64,000 bases of DNA from Heptranchias perlo. Taxonomy: Eukaryota. This document shows positions 1 to 14,064 of the stretch, one piece after another. The position numbers were made by a program, and so were the translations under genes. The stretch spans positions 4,774,001 to 4,838,000 of the forward strand of contig NC_090367.1 in the NCBI RefSeq assembly GCF_035084215.1, given 5' to 3'. Position 1 is the first letter of the stretch; each line of letters starts with the position of its first letter. The notes beneath the pieces were generated by a model. That model was not told the origin of the DNA. It did no database searches and saw only the letters and a program-made list of their open reading frames with translations.

Positions 1-3000
1 CACTGATACTAGTTACAGTGTAAACACAGCCGGAACCAGAAAGATAAACTCTTTCTCACCTGACACCAATTACTGTGTAAACACAGCCTGAATCAGAGGC
101 AGACACCCCTTCACACTGACACTAGTTATAGTGTAAACACAGCCTGAATCAGTCAGAAACGTCTTCACACTGATACTAGTTATAGTGTAAACACAGCTGG
201 AACCAGAATGCGAAACTCTTTCTCACCTGACACCAATTACTGTGTAAACACAGCATGAATCAGAGTCAGACACCCCTTCACACTGACACCAGTTATAGTG
301 TAAACACAGCCTGAATCAGAGTCAGAAACCCCTTCACACTGACACTAGTTATAGTGTAAACACAGCCTGAAAGTGAGTCAGAAACCCCTTCCAACTGACA
401 CTAGTTGTAGTGTAAATACAGCCTGAAAGTGAGTCAGAAACCCCTTCACACTGACACTAGTTGTAGTGTACACACAGACTGAATCAGAGTCAGAAACCCC
501 ATCACACTGATACTAGTTATAGTGTAAACACAGCCGGAACCAGAAAGATAAACTCTTTCTCACCTGACACCAATTAATGTGTAAACACAGCCTGAATCAG
601 AGGCAAACACCCCTTCACACTGACACTAGTTATAGTGTAAACACAGCCTGAATCAGTCAGAAACCCCTTCACACTGACACTAGTTACAGTGAAAAGACAG
701 CCAGAATCAGAATGAGAAACCCTGTCACATTGACACCAATTACCATATAAACACAGCTTGAATCAGAGTGAGAAACCCCTTCTCACTGACACTAGTTTCA
801 GTGTAAACACAGCTTGAATCAGTGAGAAACACCTTCTCACTGAAACTAGTTACAGTGTAAACACAGCCAGAATCCGAGTGAGAAAGTCTTTCTCACTGAC
901 ACAAGTTATCGTGTAAACACAGCCAGAAACAGAGTCAGAAACCCCTTCACACTAACAAGAGTTATAGTGTAAACACAGCCAGAATCAGAGTGAGAAACCC
1001 CATCACACTGATGCTAGTTATAGAGTAAACACAGCCAGAATCAGAGTGAGAAACTCTTTCTCACTGACACCAATTACTGTGTAAACACAGCTTGAATCAG
1101 TGAGAAACCCCTGAACACTGACACTAGTTATCATGTAAACACAGTCTGAAACAATGTCAGAAACCCCTTCATACTGATACTAGTGATAGTGTAAACACAG
1201 CCTGAATCAGAGTCAGAAACCCCTTCACGCTGACACGAGTTATAGTGTAAACACAGCCTGAAAGTGAGTCAGAAACCCCTTCCAACTGACACTAGTTGTA
1301 GTGTACACACAGACTGAATCAGAGTCAGAAACCCCTTCACGCTGACACGAGTTATAGTGTAAATACAGCCTGAAAGTGAGTCAGAAACCCCTTCCAACTG
1401 ACACTAGTTGTAGTGTACACACAGCCAGAATCAGAGTGAGAAACCCCATCACACTGATACGAGTTATAGTGTAAACACAGCTGGAACCAGAATGCGAAAC
1501 TCTTTCTCACCTGACACCAATTACTGTGTAAACACAGCATGAATCAGAGTCAGACACCCCTTCACACTGACACCAGTTATAGTGTAAACACAGCATGAAT
1601 CAGAGTCAGAAACCCCTTCACACTGACACCAGTTATAGTGTAAACACAGCCTGAATCAGAGACAGAAAGCCCTTCACACTGACACCAGTGATACTGTAAA
1701 CACAGCCTGAATCAGTGAGAAACTCTTTCTCACTGCCACCAATTACTGTGTAAACACAGCTTGAATCAGTGAGAAACACCTTCACACTGACACAAGTTAT
1801 AGTGTAAATACAGCCTGAAAGTGAGTCAGAAACCCCTTCACACTGACACTAGTTATAATGTAAACACAGCCTGAATCAGAGTCAGAAACCCCTTCACACT
1901 GACACTAGTTATAGTGTAAACACAGCCTGAATCAGAGTCAGAAACCCCTTCACACTGACACTAGTTATAGTGTAAACACAGCCTGAAAGTGAGTCAGAAA
2001 CCCCTTCCAACTGACACTAGTTGTAGTGTACACACAGACTGAATCAGAGTCAGAAACCCCTTCACGCTGACACTAGTTATAGTGTAAATACAGCCTGAAA
2101 GTGAGTCAGAAACCCCTTCACACTGACACTAGTTGTAGTGTACACACAGACTGAATCAGAGTCAGAAACCCCATCACACTGATACTAGTTATAGTGTAAA
2201 CACAGCCGGAACCAGAAAGATAAACTCTTTCTCACCTGACACCAATTACTGTGTAAACACAGCCTGAATCAGAGGCAGACACCCCTTCACACTGACACTA
2301 GTTATAGTGTAAACACAGCCTGAATCAGTCAGGGGCTATGTGGCCGGGTCCTGCTCCGACTTCTTGTGTTCTTTAGATTTGTGGTTGGGATCAGATCAGC
2401 CATGATCTTATTGAATGGCGGAGCAGGCTCGAGGGGCCGATTGGCCTACTCCTGCTCCAATTTCTTATGTTCTTATGTTCTTATGAAACGTCTTCACACT
2501 GATACTAGTTATAGTGTAAACACAGCTGGAACCAGAATGCGAAACTCTTTCTCACCTGACACCAATTACTGTGTAAACACAGCATGAATCAGAGTCAGAC
2601 ACCCCTTCACACTGACACCAGTTATAGTGTAAACACAGCCTGAATCAGAGTCAGAAACCCCCTCACACTGACACTAGTTATAATGTAAACACAGTCTGAA
2701 TCAGAGTCAGAAACCCCTTCACGCTGACACTAGTTAGTGTAAATACAGCCTGAAAGTGAGTCAGAAACCCCTACACACTGACACTAGTTATAATGTAAAC
2801 ACAGCCTGAATCAGAGTCAGAAACCCCTTCACACTGACACTAGTTACAGTGAAAAGACAGCCAGAATCAGAATGAGAAACCCTGTCACATTGACACCAAT
2901 TACCATATAAACACAGCTTGAATCAGAGTGAGAAACCCCTTCTCACTGACACTAGTTTCAGTGTAAACACAGCTTGAATCAGTGAGAAACACCTTCTCAC

Positions 3001-6000
3001 TGAAACTAGTTACAGTGTAAACACAGCCTGAATCAGAGTCAGAAACCCCTTCACAATGACACTAGTTATAGTGTAAACACAGCCTAAATCAGTGAGAAAC
3101 CTCTTCTCACTGACACGAGTTACAGAGTAAACACAGCTTGAATCAGTGAGAAACCCCTTCACACTGACACTAGCTCATAGTGTAAACACAGCCTGAATCA
3201 GAGTGAGAAACCCCATCACACTGACACTATTTACAGTGTAAACACGGACTGAATCAGAGTGAGAAACCCCATCACTCTGACACTAATTATAGTGTAAACA
3301 CAGCCTGAATCAGAGTCAGAAACCCCTTAACACTGACACTAGTTATAGTGTAAACACAGCCTGAAAGTGAGTCAGAAACCCCGTCCAACTGACACTAGTT
3401 GTAGTGTAAACACAGCCTGAATCAGAGTCAGAAACCCCATCACACTGACACTAGTTACAGTGAAAAGACAGCCAGAATCAGAATGAGAAACCCTGTCACC
3501 TTGACACCAATTACCGTATAAACACAGCTTGAATCAGAGTGAGAAACCCCTTCTCACTGACACTAGTTTCAGTGCAAACACAGCCAGAATCCGAGTGAGA
3601 AACTCTTTCTCACTGACACTAGTTATCGTGTAAACACAGCCAGAAACAGAGTCAGAAACCCCTTCACACTAACACGAGTTATAGTGTAAACACAGCCAGA
3701 ATCAGAGTGAGAAACCCCATCACACTGATGCTAGTTATAGAGTAAACACAGCCAGAATCAGAGTGAGAAACACTTTCTCACTGACACCAATTACTGTGTA
3801 AACACAGCTTGAATCAGTGAGAAACCCCTGAACACTGACACTAGTTATCGTGTAAACACAGCCTGAAACAATGTCAGAAACCCCTGCACACTGACACGAG
3901 TTATTGTGTAAACACAGCCTGAAACAGTGTCAGAAACCCCTTCCAACTGACACTAGTTATAGTGTAAATACAGCCTGAAAGTGAGTCAGAAACCCCTTCA
4001 CGCTGACACTAGTTATCGTGTAAACACAGCCAGAAACAGAGTCAGAAACCCCTTCACACTAACACGAGTTATAGTGTAAACACAGCCAGAATCAGAGTGA
4101 GAAACCCCATCACACTGATGCTAGTTATAGAGTAAACACAGCCAGAATCAGAGTGAGAAACACTTTCTCACTGACACCAATTACTGTGTAAACACAGCTT
4201 GAATCAGTGAGAAACCCCTGAACACTGACACTAGTTATCGTGTAAACACAGCCTGAAACAATGTCAGAAACCCCTGCACACTGACACGAGTTATTGTGTA
4301 AACACAGCCTGAAACAGTGTCAGAAACCCCTTCCAACTGACACTAGTTATAGTGTAAATACAGCCTGAAAGTGAGTCAGAAACCCCTTCACGCTGACACT
4401 AGTTATAGTGTAAATACAGCCTGAAAGTGAGTCAGAAACCCCTTCACACTGACACTAGTTATAGTGTAAACACAGCCTGAATCAGAGTCAGAAACCCCTT
4501 CACACTGACACTAGTTATAGTGTAAACACAGCCTGAATCAGAGTCAGAAACCCCATCACTCTGACACTAGTTATAGTGTAAACACAGCCTGAAAGTGAGT
4601 CAGAAACCCCTTCACGCTGACACTAGTTATAGTGTAAATACAGCCTGAAAGTGAGTCAGAAACCCCTTCCAACTGACACTAGTTGTAGTGTACACACAGA
4701 CTGAATCAGAGTCAGAAACCCCTTCACGCTGACACTAGTTATAGTGTAAATACAGCCTGAAAGTGAGTCAGAAACCCATTCACGCTGACACTAGTTATAG
4801 TGTAAATACAGCCTGAAAGTGAGTCAGAAACCCCTTCACACTGACACTAGTTATAGTGTAAACACAGCCTGAATCAGAGTCAGAAACCCCTTCACAATGA
4901 CACTAGTTATAGTGTAAACACAGCCTAAATCAGTGAGAAACCTCTTCTCACTGACACGAGTTACAGAGTAAACACAGCTTGAATCAGTGAGAAACCCCTT
5001 CACACTGACACTAGCTCATAGTGTAAACACAGCCTGAATCAGAGTGAGAAACCCCATCACACTGACACTATTTACAGTGTAAACACGGACTGAATCAGAG
5101 TGAGAAACCCCATCACTCTGACACTAATTATAGTGTAAACACAGCCTGAATCAGAGTCAGAAACCCCTTAACACTGACACTAGTTATAGTGTAAACACAG
5201 CCTGAAAGTGAGTCAGAAACCCCGTCCAACTGACACTAGTTGTAGTGTAAACACAGCCTGAATCAGAGTCAGAAACCCCATCACACTGACACTAGTTACA
5301 GTGAAAAGACAGCCAGAATCAGAATGAGAAACCCTGTCACCTTGACACCAATTACCGTATAAACACAGCTTGAATCAGAGTGAGAAACCCCTTCTCACTG
5401 ACACTAGTTTCAGTGCAAACACAGCCAGAATCCGAGTGAGAAACTCTTTCTCACTGACACTAGTTATCGTGTAAACACAGCCAGAAACAGAGTCAGAAAC
5501 CCCTTCACACTAACACGAGTTATAGTGTAAACACAGCCAGAATCAGAGTGAGAAACCCCATCACACTGATGCTAGTTATAGAGTAAACACAGCCAGAATC
5601 AGAGTGAGAAACACTTTCTCACTGACACCAATTACTGTGTAAACACAGCTTGAATCAGTGAGAAACCCCTGAACACTGACACTAGTTATCGTGTAAACAC
5701 AGCCTGAAACAATGTCAGAAACCCCTGCACACTGACACGAGTTATTGTGTAAACACAGCCTGAAACAGTGTCAGAAACCCCTTCCAACTGACACTAGTTA
5801 TAGTGTAAATACAGCCTGAAAGTGAGTCAGAAACCCCTTCACGCTGACACTAGTTATAGTGTAAATACAGCCTGAAAGTGAGTCAGAAACCCCTTCACAC
5901 TGACACTAGTTATAGTGTAAACACAGCCTGAATTAGAGTCAGAAACCCCTTCACACTGACACTAGTTATAGTGTAAACACAGCCTGAAAGTGAGTCAGAA

Positions 6001-9000
6001 ACCCCTTCACGCTGACACTAGTTATAGTGTAAATACAGCCTGAAAGTGAGTCAGAAACCCCTTCCAACTGACACTAGTTGTAGTGTACACACAGACTGAA
6101 TCAGAGTCAGAAACCCCTTCACGCTGACACTAGTTATAGTGTAAATACAGCCTGAAAGTGAGTCAGAAACCCATTCACGCTGACACTAGTTATAGTGTAA
6201 ATACAGCCTGAAAGTGAGTCAGAAACCCCTTCACACTGACACTAGTTATAGTGTAAACACAGCCTGAATCAGAGTCAGAAACCCCTTCACACTGACACTA
6301 GTTATAGTGTAAACACAGCCTGAAAGTGAGTCAGAAACCCCTTCCAACTGACACTAGTTGTAGTGTACACACAGACTGAATCAGAGTCAGAAACCCCTAC
6401 ACACTGACACTAGTTATAATGTAAACACAGCCAGAATCAGAGTGAGAAACCCCATCACACTGATACTAGTTATAGTGTAAACACAGCCGGAACCAGAAAG
6501 ATAAACTCTTTCTCACCTGAATCAGTGAGAAACTCTTTCTCACTGCCACCAATTACCGTGTAAACACAGCTTGAATCAGTGAGAAACACCTTCAAACTGA
6601 CACGAGTTATTGTGTAAACACAGCCAGAAACAGAGTCAGAAACCCCTTGACACTGACACTATTTACAGTGGAAACACAGCCTGAATCAGAGACAGAAACC
6701 CCTTCACAATGACACTAGTTATAGTGTAAACACAGCCCAAATCAGTGAGAAACCTCTTCTCACTGACACGAGTTACAGTGTAAACACAGCTTGAATCAGT
6801 GAGAAACCCCTTCACACTGACACTAGCTCATAGTGTAAACACAGCCTGATTCAGAGTGAGAAACCCCATCACACTGACACTATTTACAGTGTAAACACAG
6901 ACTGAATCAGAGTGAGAAACCCCATCACTCTGACACTAATTATAGCATAAACACAGCCAGAATCAGAGTGAGAAACCCCATCACACTGATACTAGTTATA
7001 GTGTAAACACAGCCGGAACCAGAAAGATAAACTCTTTCTCACCTGACACCAATTACTGTGTAAACACAGCCTGAATCAGAGGCAGACACCCCTTCACACT
7101 GACACTAGTTATGGTGTAAACACAGCCTGAATCAGTCAGAAACGTCTTCACACTGATACTAGTTATAGTGTAAACACAGCTGGAACCAGAGTCAGAAACC
7201 CCTTCACACTGACACTAGTTACAGTGTAAACACAGCCTGAATCAGAGTCAGAAACCCCTGCACACTGACACTCGTTATAGTGTAAACACAGCCTGAATCA
7301 GTGAGAAACTCTTTCTCACTGCCACCAATTACTGTGTAAACACAGCTTGAATCAGTGAGAAACACCTTCACACTGACACGAGTTATTATGTAAACACAGC
7401 CAGAAACAGAGTCAGAAACCCCTTCACACTGACACTAGTTCATAGTGTAAACACAGCCTGAATCAGAGTGAGAAACCCCATCACACTGACACTATTTACA
7501 GTGTAAACACGGACTGAATCAGAGTGAGAAACCCCATCACTCTGACACTAGTTATAGTGTAAACACAGCCTGAATCAGAGTCAGAAACCCCTTCACACTG
7601 ACACTAGTTATAGTGTAAACACAGCCAGAATCAGAGTCAGAAGCTCCTTCACACTGACACTAGTTATAGTGTAAACACGGCCTGAATCAGAATCAGAAAC
7701 TCTCTCTCACTGACACCAATTATTGTGTAAACACAGCTTGAATCAGTGAGAAAGCCCTTCACACTGACACCAGTAAAAGTGCAAACACAGCCAGAATCAG
7801 AGTCAGAAACCCCTACACACTGACACTAGTTATAGTGCAAACACAGCCTGATTCAGAGTCAGAAACCCCTTCACACTGACACTAGTTACAGTGTAAACAC
7901 AGCCTGAATCAGAGTGAGAAACGCCCTCACACTGACACTAGTTATAGTTTAAACACAGCCAGAATCAGTGAGAATTCCTGTCACACTGACACTAGTTATA
8001 ATGTAAACACAGCGTGAATCAGAATGAGAAACCCCATCATACTGACACTAGTTATAGTGTAAACACAGCCTGAAACAGTGAGAAACCCCATCACAGTGAA
8101 ACTAGTTTTAGTGTAAACACAGCCTTAATCAGTGAGAAACAACTTCACACTGATGCTGGCAACACTGTAAACACAGCCTGAATCAGAGTCAGAAACCCCT
8201 ACACACTGACACTAGTTACAGTGTAAACACAGCCAGAATCAGAGTGAGAAACCCCTTCACACTGACACGAGTTATAGTGCAAACACAGCCTGAATCAAAG
8301 TGAGAAACTGCTTCACACTGACACTAGTTATTGTGTAAACACAGCCTGAATCAGAGACAGAAACCCCATCACACTGATGCTAGTTATAGTGTAAACACAG
8401 CCAGAATCAGAAGAGAAACTCTTTCTCACTGACACCAATTACCGTGTAAACACAGCTTGAAACAGTGAGAGACCCCTGAACACTGACACTAGTTATCGTG
8501 TGAACACAGCCTGAAACAGAGTCAGAAACCCCTTCACACTGACACGAATTATTGTGTAAACACAGCTTGAATCAGTGAGAGACCCCTTCACACTGACACT
8601 AGTTACAGTGTAGACACAGCCAGAATCAGTGAGAATCCCTGTCACACTGACACTAGTTATAATGTAAACACAGCGTGAATCAGAATGAGAAACCCCATCA
8701 TACTGACACTAGTTTTAGTGTAAACACAGCCTGAATCTGATTCAGAAACCCATTCACACTGAAACTCGTTATGGTGTAAACACAGCCTTAACCAGTGAGA
8801 AACAACTTCACACTGATGCTGGTTACACTGTAAACACAGCCTGAATCAGAGTGAGAAACTCTTTCTAACTGACACCAATTACTGTGCAAGCACAGCCTGA
8901 ATCAGAGTCAGAAACCCCTTCACACTGACACGAGTTTTTGTGTAAACACAGCCAGAATCAGAGTGAGAAACCCCTTCACACTGACACGAGTTATAGTGCA

Positions 9001-10329
9001 AACACAGCCTGAATCAGAGTGAGAAACCGCTTCACACTGAAACTATTTGCAGTGTCAACACCGCCTGAATCAGAGTGAGAAACCACTTCACACTGACACT
9101 AGTTGTAGTGTAAACACAGCCAGAATCAGTGAGAAACTCCTTCACACTGACACTAGTTGTAATGTAAACACAGCCTGAATCAGAGTCAGAAACCCCTTCA
9201 CACTGACACGAGTTATCGTGCAAACACAGCCTGAATCAGAGTGAGAAACCGCTTCACACTGACACTCGTGAAAGTGTAAACACAGCCTGAATCAGAGTGA
9301 GAAACCCCATCACACTGATACTAGTTACAGTGTAAACACAGCCGAAACCAGAATCAGAAACTCTTTGTCACTGACACCAATTACTGTATAAACACAGCTT
9401 GAATCAGAGTGAGAAAGCCCTTCTCACTGACACTAGTTACAGTGAGAAACAACTTCACACTGATGCTGGTTACACTGTAAACACAGCCTGAATCAGAGTG
9501 AGAAACTCTTTCTCACTGACACCAATTACTGTGCAAACACAGCTTGAATCAGTGAGAAACCCCTTCACACTGACACTAGTTATAGTGTAAACACAGCATG
9601 AATCAGAGTCAGAAACCCCTTCACACTGACACTAGTTATAGTGTAAACACAGCCTCAATCAGAGTCAGAAACCCCATCACAGTGACACTAGTTACACTGT
9701 AAACACAGCCTGAATCAGAGTTAGGAACCCCTTCACACTGACACTAGTTATAGTGTAAACACAGCATGAATCAGAGTCAGAAACCCCTTCACACTGACAC
9801 TAGTTATAGTGTAAACACAGCCTCAATCAGAGTCAGAAACCCCATCACAGTGACACTAGTTACACTGTAAACACAGCCTGAATCAGTGAGAAACCCCTTC
9901 ACACTGACACTAGTTATAATGTAAACACAGCCTGAATCAGAGTTAGGAACCCCTTCACACTGACACTAGTTATAGTGTACACAGCCTGATTCAAAGTGAG
10001 AAACCCCTTCACACTGACACTAGTTATAGTGTAAACACAGCCTGATTCAAAGTGAGAAACCCCTTCACACTGACACTAGTTATAGTGTAAACACAGCCTC
10101 AATCAGAGTCAGAAACCCCATCACAGTGACACTAGTTACACTGTAAACACAGCCTGAATCAGAGTTAGGAACCCCTTCACACTGACACTAGTTATAGTGT
10201 AAACACAGCCTGAATCAGAGTCAGAAACTCTCTCTCACTGACACTAGTTATAGTGTAAACACAGCCTGATTCAAAGTGAGAAACCCCTTCACACTGACAC
10301 TAGTTATAGTGTAAACACAGCCAGAATCA
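1..10329. repeat. 56-bp satellite array (~180 units, 54-57 bp variants, higher-order duplications) in intron 1 of the HNRNPUL2-like gene; continues past the left edge
   Basis: Unit CACTGACACTAGTTATAGTGTAAACACAGCCTGAATCAGAGTCAGAAACCCCTTCA. The 56-bp period is readable at 1861/1917. The array ends ~95 bp from the exon-1 splice donor. Confidence 0.97.
2332..2484 (+). mobile_element. CR1-type LINE 3' end inserted in the satellite
   Basis: GATCAGCCATGATCTTATTGAATGGCGGAGCAGGCTCGAGGGGCCG...(TTCTTATG)n tail nearly identical to 19830-19941. The empty site TCAGTCAGAAACGTCTTC occurs at ~150 and ~7135. Confidence 0.92.
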
Positions 10330-10424
10330 GGAGCCCGAAGCCGGGCCCTTGCGGTGTGGATGTCTCCGGGCCCCGTTCCAATTCCCGCTTCACCGGGTAC
10401 CGACTGGGCCGCGGCGGCGCTCAC

Positions 10425-11061
10425 CGGACTGTCGCTGGGCCTTCCCCGCACACGGCGGCTTCTCGCCGTTTTGCACCTCCGTCTCCGCTCGGTCCTCCCG
10501 CTCCGGCCCGGCCTCTTCCTGCAGCTGCTCGTCCTGGGCCTCCTCCCGCTGCTGCTGCTGCTCCTTCACCGGCTGCGGCGCTGCTCCTTCCAGCTCGCCG
10601 CTCACTTCCATGGGCTGGGGGGCCGAGGCCTCCTCCTCCTCCTCCTCCCCCCGCTTCCCCATCTCTGTCAGCGGCTGCTTTGGCGCCGCCTCCGCCTCCG
10701 CAGGCCGCACACGATCCCCGGCCTCGCCTGCTGCGTGCTGCCGGCCCTCTCCTCCCTCAGGCCGGGCGGCGGCGGCGACCGCCGCCTCCTCGTCTTCCTC
10801 CTCATCGTCCTCGTCCTCCTCCTCCTCCTCTTCCGCCAGCAGCTGATCGTCCTCGTCCTCGCCGGCCTCCTCGTCGTAGGCCTTGGTAGGCCGCGCCTCG
10901 TCCCCGCCCTCGCCTGCCTCCTCCGACAGCAGCTCGGCGTCGAGGGCCTCCTGCAGCCGCTGGGCCAGCTCGGCCTTCAGGCCGCGGGTGTCGAGGCCCC
11001 TCTCCTGGAGCTCCTGCCGCAGCTCGGCCACCTTCAGCTTCTTCACGTCCAAGGCGCTCAT
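10425..11061 (-). CDS. HNRNPUL2: First coding exon of an hnRNP U-family protein (SAP domain + acidic region), most likely HNRNPUL2
   Basis: [45 protein letters not shown] is a SAP domain, and [12 protein letters not shown] recalls HNRNPUL2. An Asp/Glu-rich tract follows. The 637-nt exon ends at a G|GTGAG donor (phase 1). ZBTB3 lies nearby, as on human 11q12.3. Downstream exons are outside the window. Confidence 0.85.
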
Positions 11062-11159
11062 CCTCGACAGGAAATGGAAAAAAAAAACCCCCCGCTCCGC
11101 GCGCCAAACTGGCGTTTTTTTTTTGAAAAAAAACAAAAAAAAAATTAACGGTTTTTTTT

Positions 11160-11540
11160 TAACGGCTCAACTTTTTAAAAAAACAAGATGGCGTCACCAG
11201 CGTTTATTTTTAAAAAAAACACCGAGCGCGGCTCCCGGACCCCCCCCCCCCCACCGCGTGATTCCCCCCCCCCCCCCCCCCACCCCATGCTGAGTCGGAT
11301 TTTCTGATTGGGCCGTCCGCTTAGCAACAGGGCGCCCCGACCAATAGTCTGCGCCCACACATCCAGCCGTCGGCGGCGGCCGCGCTTGCGTTGCACCCCG
11401 GGCTCCGATTGGCCGACTCGGCGGATAAGTGGGCGGGGCGCCGCATTCTCCGCCAATTGGGGTCCTGGAGACATTTTTTTTTGGGGTTGGCGGCCGACGG
11501 CGGGTCGCGCAGTGGCGGGCCTTCTGGGAGATGTAGTCTT
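11160..11540 (-). promoter_or_regulatory. CpG-island housekeeping promoter of the HNRNPUL2-like gene
   Basis: YY1 motif CAAGATGGCG at 11184-11193. CCAAT/ATTGG boxes at ~11307, 11341, 11408 and 11453. GC box GGGCGGGGCG at 11431-11440. ZNF143/THAP11-type GACTACATCTCCCAGAAG on - at 11521-11538. High CpG content. Confidence 0.85.
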
Positions 11541-11547
11541 TGACCTC

Positions 11548-11898
11548 TCCCCATCGGGATCAGGAGGAGGCCATTCAGCCCCTCCAGTCTGTACTGCCCA
11601 TTCAATTAGATCATGGTTGATCTGTATCTTGAGTTCATTTACCTGCCTTGGTTCCCTTACCCAACAAAATACCCTTACCCAACAAAAATCTACCAATCTC
11701 AATTTTGAATTTCCTTATTGACCCCCAGCCTCAACAGCTTTTTTTTGGGTGGGGGGAGAGAGTTCCAGATTTCCACTCCCCTTTGTGTGAAGAAGTGCTT
11801 CCTGACATCACCCCTGAACAGCCTAGCTCTAATTTTAGATCACCCCTTAATCTGTTATACTCGAGAGAATACAAGCCTAGTCTATGCAACCTGTCCTC
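11548..11898 (-). mobile_element. CR1 LINE 3' fragments
   Basis: Reverse complement of the CR1 3'UTR (GGAGGAGGCCATTCAGCCCCTC...GATCATGG) and RT C-terminal pieces. Confidence 0.8.
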
Positions 11899-13925
11899 AT
11901 AGAATCATATTGAATCACAGAATGGTTACAGCATAGAAGGAGGCCATTCGGCCCATTGAGCCCGTGCCAGCTCTTTGTAAGAGCAATCCAGTTAGTCCCA
12001 TTCCCCCGCTTTTTCCCCGTAGTCCTGCAAATTTTTTCCCTTCAAGTATTTATCCAATTCCCTTTTGAAAGCCACGATTGAATCTGCCTCCACCACCCTT
12101 TCAGGCAGCGCATTCCAAATCGTAACAACTCGCTGCATAAAAAGTATTTCCTCATGTCACCTTTGGTTCTTTTGCCAATCACCTTAAATCTGTGCCCTCT
12201 GGTTCTCGACCCTTCTGCCAATGGGAACAGTTTCTCTTTATTTACTTTATCTAAACCCTTCATGATTTTGAACACTTCTATCAAATCTCCTCTTAACCTT
12301 CTCCGCTCCAAGGAGAACAACCCCAGCTTCTCCAGTCTATCCACGTAACTGAAGTACCTCATCCCTGGAAACATTCTAGTAAATCTCTTCTGCACCCTCT
12401 CTAAGGCCTTCACATCCTTCCTAAAGTGCGGTGCCCAAAATTGGACACAATACTCCAGCTGTGGCCGAACCAGTGTTTTATAAAGGTTTAACATAACTTC
12501 CTTGCTTTTGTACTCTATGCCTCTATTTATAAAGCCCAGGATCTCGTATGCTTTTTTAATCGCTATCTCAACCCGTCCTGCCACCTTCAAAGATTTGTGT
12601 ACATATACCCCCCGGTCTCTCCGTTTCCTGCACCCCCCTTTAGAATTGTACCATTTAGCTTATATTGCCTCTCCTCATTCTTCCTGCCAAAATGTATCAC
12701 TTCTCACTTGTCTGCGTTAAATTTCATTTACCATGTGTCTGCCCATTCCACCAGCGTGTCTATGTCCTCTTGAAATCTATCACTATCCTCCCCTCTGTTT
12801 ACTACACTTCCAAGTTTTGTGTCATCTGCAAACTTTGAAATTTTGTCCTGTATACCCAAGTCCAAGTTATTAATATATATCAAGAAAAGCAGTGGTCCCA
12901 GCACCAACCCCTGGGGAACACCATTGTACACCTCCCTCCACTCTGAAAAACAAACGTTCACCACTACTCTCTGTTTCCTATTACTTAGCCAATTTTGTAG
13001 CCATGCTGCCACTGCCCCTTTTATTCCATAGGCTTCAATTTTGCTAACAAGCCTATTATGTGGCACTTTATCAAATGCCTTTTGAAAGTCCATATACACA
13101 ATATCAACTGCATTGCCCTCATCTACCCTCTCTGTTACCTCATCAAAGAACTCAATCAAGTTAGTTAAACATGATTTGTCTTTAACAAATCCCCGCTGGC
13201 TTTCCTTAATTAACCTACACTTGTCCAAGTGACTATTAATTTTCTCCCGGATTATTGTTTCTAAAAGTTTCCCCACCACTGAGGTTAAACTGAGTGGCCT
13301 GTAGTTGCTGGGTTTATCCTTACACCCTTTTTTGAACAAAGGTGTAACATTTGCATTTCTCCAGTCCTCTGGTACCACCCTCGTATCTAAGGATGTTTGG
13401 AAGTTTATGGCCAGTACCTCCGCAATTTCCACCCTTACTTCCCTCAGCAACCTAGGATGCATCCCATCCGAACCCAGTGATTTATCTACTTTAAGTACAG
13501 CTAGCCTTTCCAGTACCTCCTCTTTATCAATTATTAGCCCATCCAGTATCTCAACTACATCTTTTTTTACTGAGACTCTGGCAGCATCTTCTTCCTCGGT
13601 AAAGACAGATGCAAAGTACTCATTTAGTACCTCGGCCATCCCCTCTGCCTCCATGAGTAGATCTCCTTTTCGGTCCCTGATCAGCCCCACCCCTCCTCTT
13701 ACTACCCGTTTAGTGTTCACATGCCTATAGAAGACTTTTGGATTCCTTTTTCTGTTGGCCGCCAGTCTATTCTCATACTCTCTCTTTGCCCCTCTCATTT
13801 CCTTTTTCACTTCTCCTCTGTACTTTCTATATTCAGCCTGGTTCTCACTTGTATTATCAACCTGACATCTGTCATACGCCCCCTTTTTCTGCTTCATCTT
13901 ACTCTCTATCTCTTTCATCATTCCT
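11899..13925 (-). mobile_element. 5'-truncated, degenerate CR1 LINE (ORF2 reverse transcriptase)
   Basis: ORFs 12728-13921 and 12042-12590 carry NYRPLSLTS, DFQKAFDKVPH, GVPQGLVLGP, KFADDTKL and [11 protein letters not shown], broken by stop/frameshift. A microsatellite tail is near 11900. Confidence 0.95.
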
Positions 13926-14064
13926 TTCGTTTAACCCTTTTAGCGCCAGTATCATTCTGGTGAACCTGGACAGCACCCCCTCCAAGGCCATTATTTCTAT
14001 CTCCTGCCATGTAGAAATATATAAGGGGACAGAATGTACTTCATTCAGTCTTAGTGGGAGCTTG

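Noticed and set aside
1-10329. CRISPR-like regular repeat
   Set aside because: Head-to-tail satellite with no unique spacers, no cas genes and a vertebrate context.
11062-11136. N-terminal extension MFFFKKK... of ORF 10390-11136
   Set aside because: Non-ATG start in a homopolymer-rich 5'UTR. Family homology begins at ATG 11061, and the frame past 10425 is intron.
10349-11293. Several long + strand ORFs over HNRNPUL2 exon 1
   Set aside because: Antisense shadows of a GC-rich, codon-biased exon with low-complexity translations.
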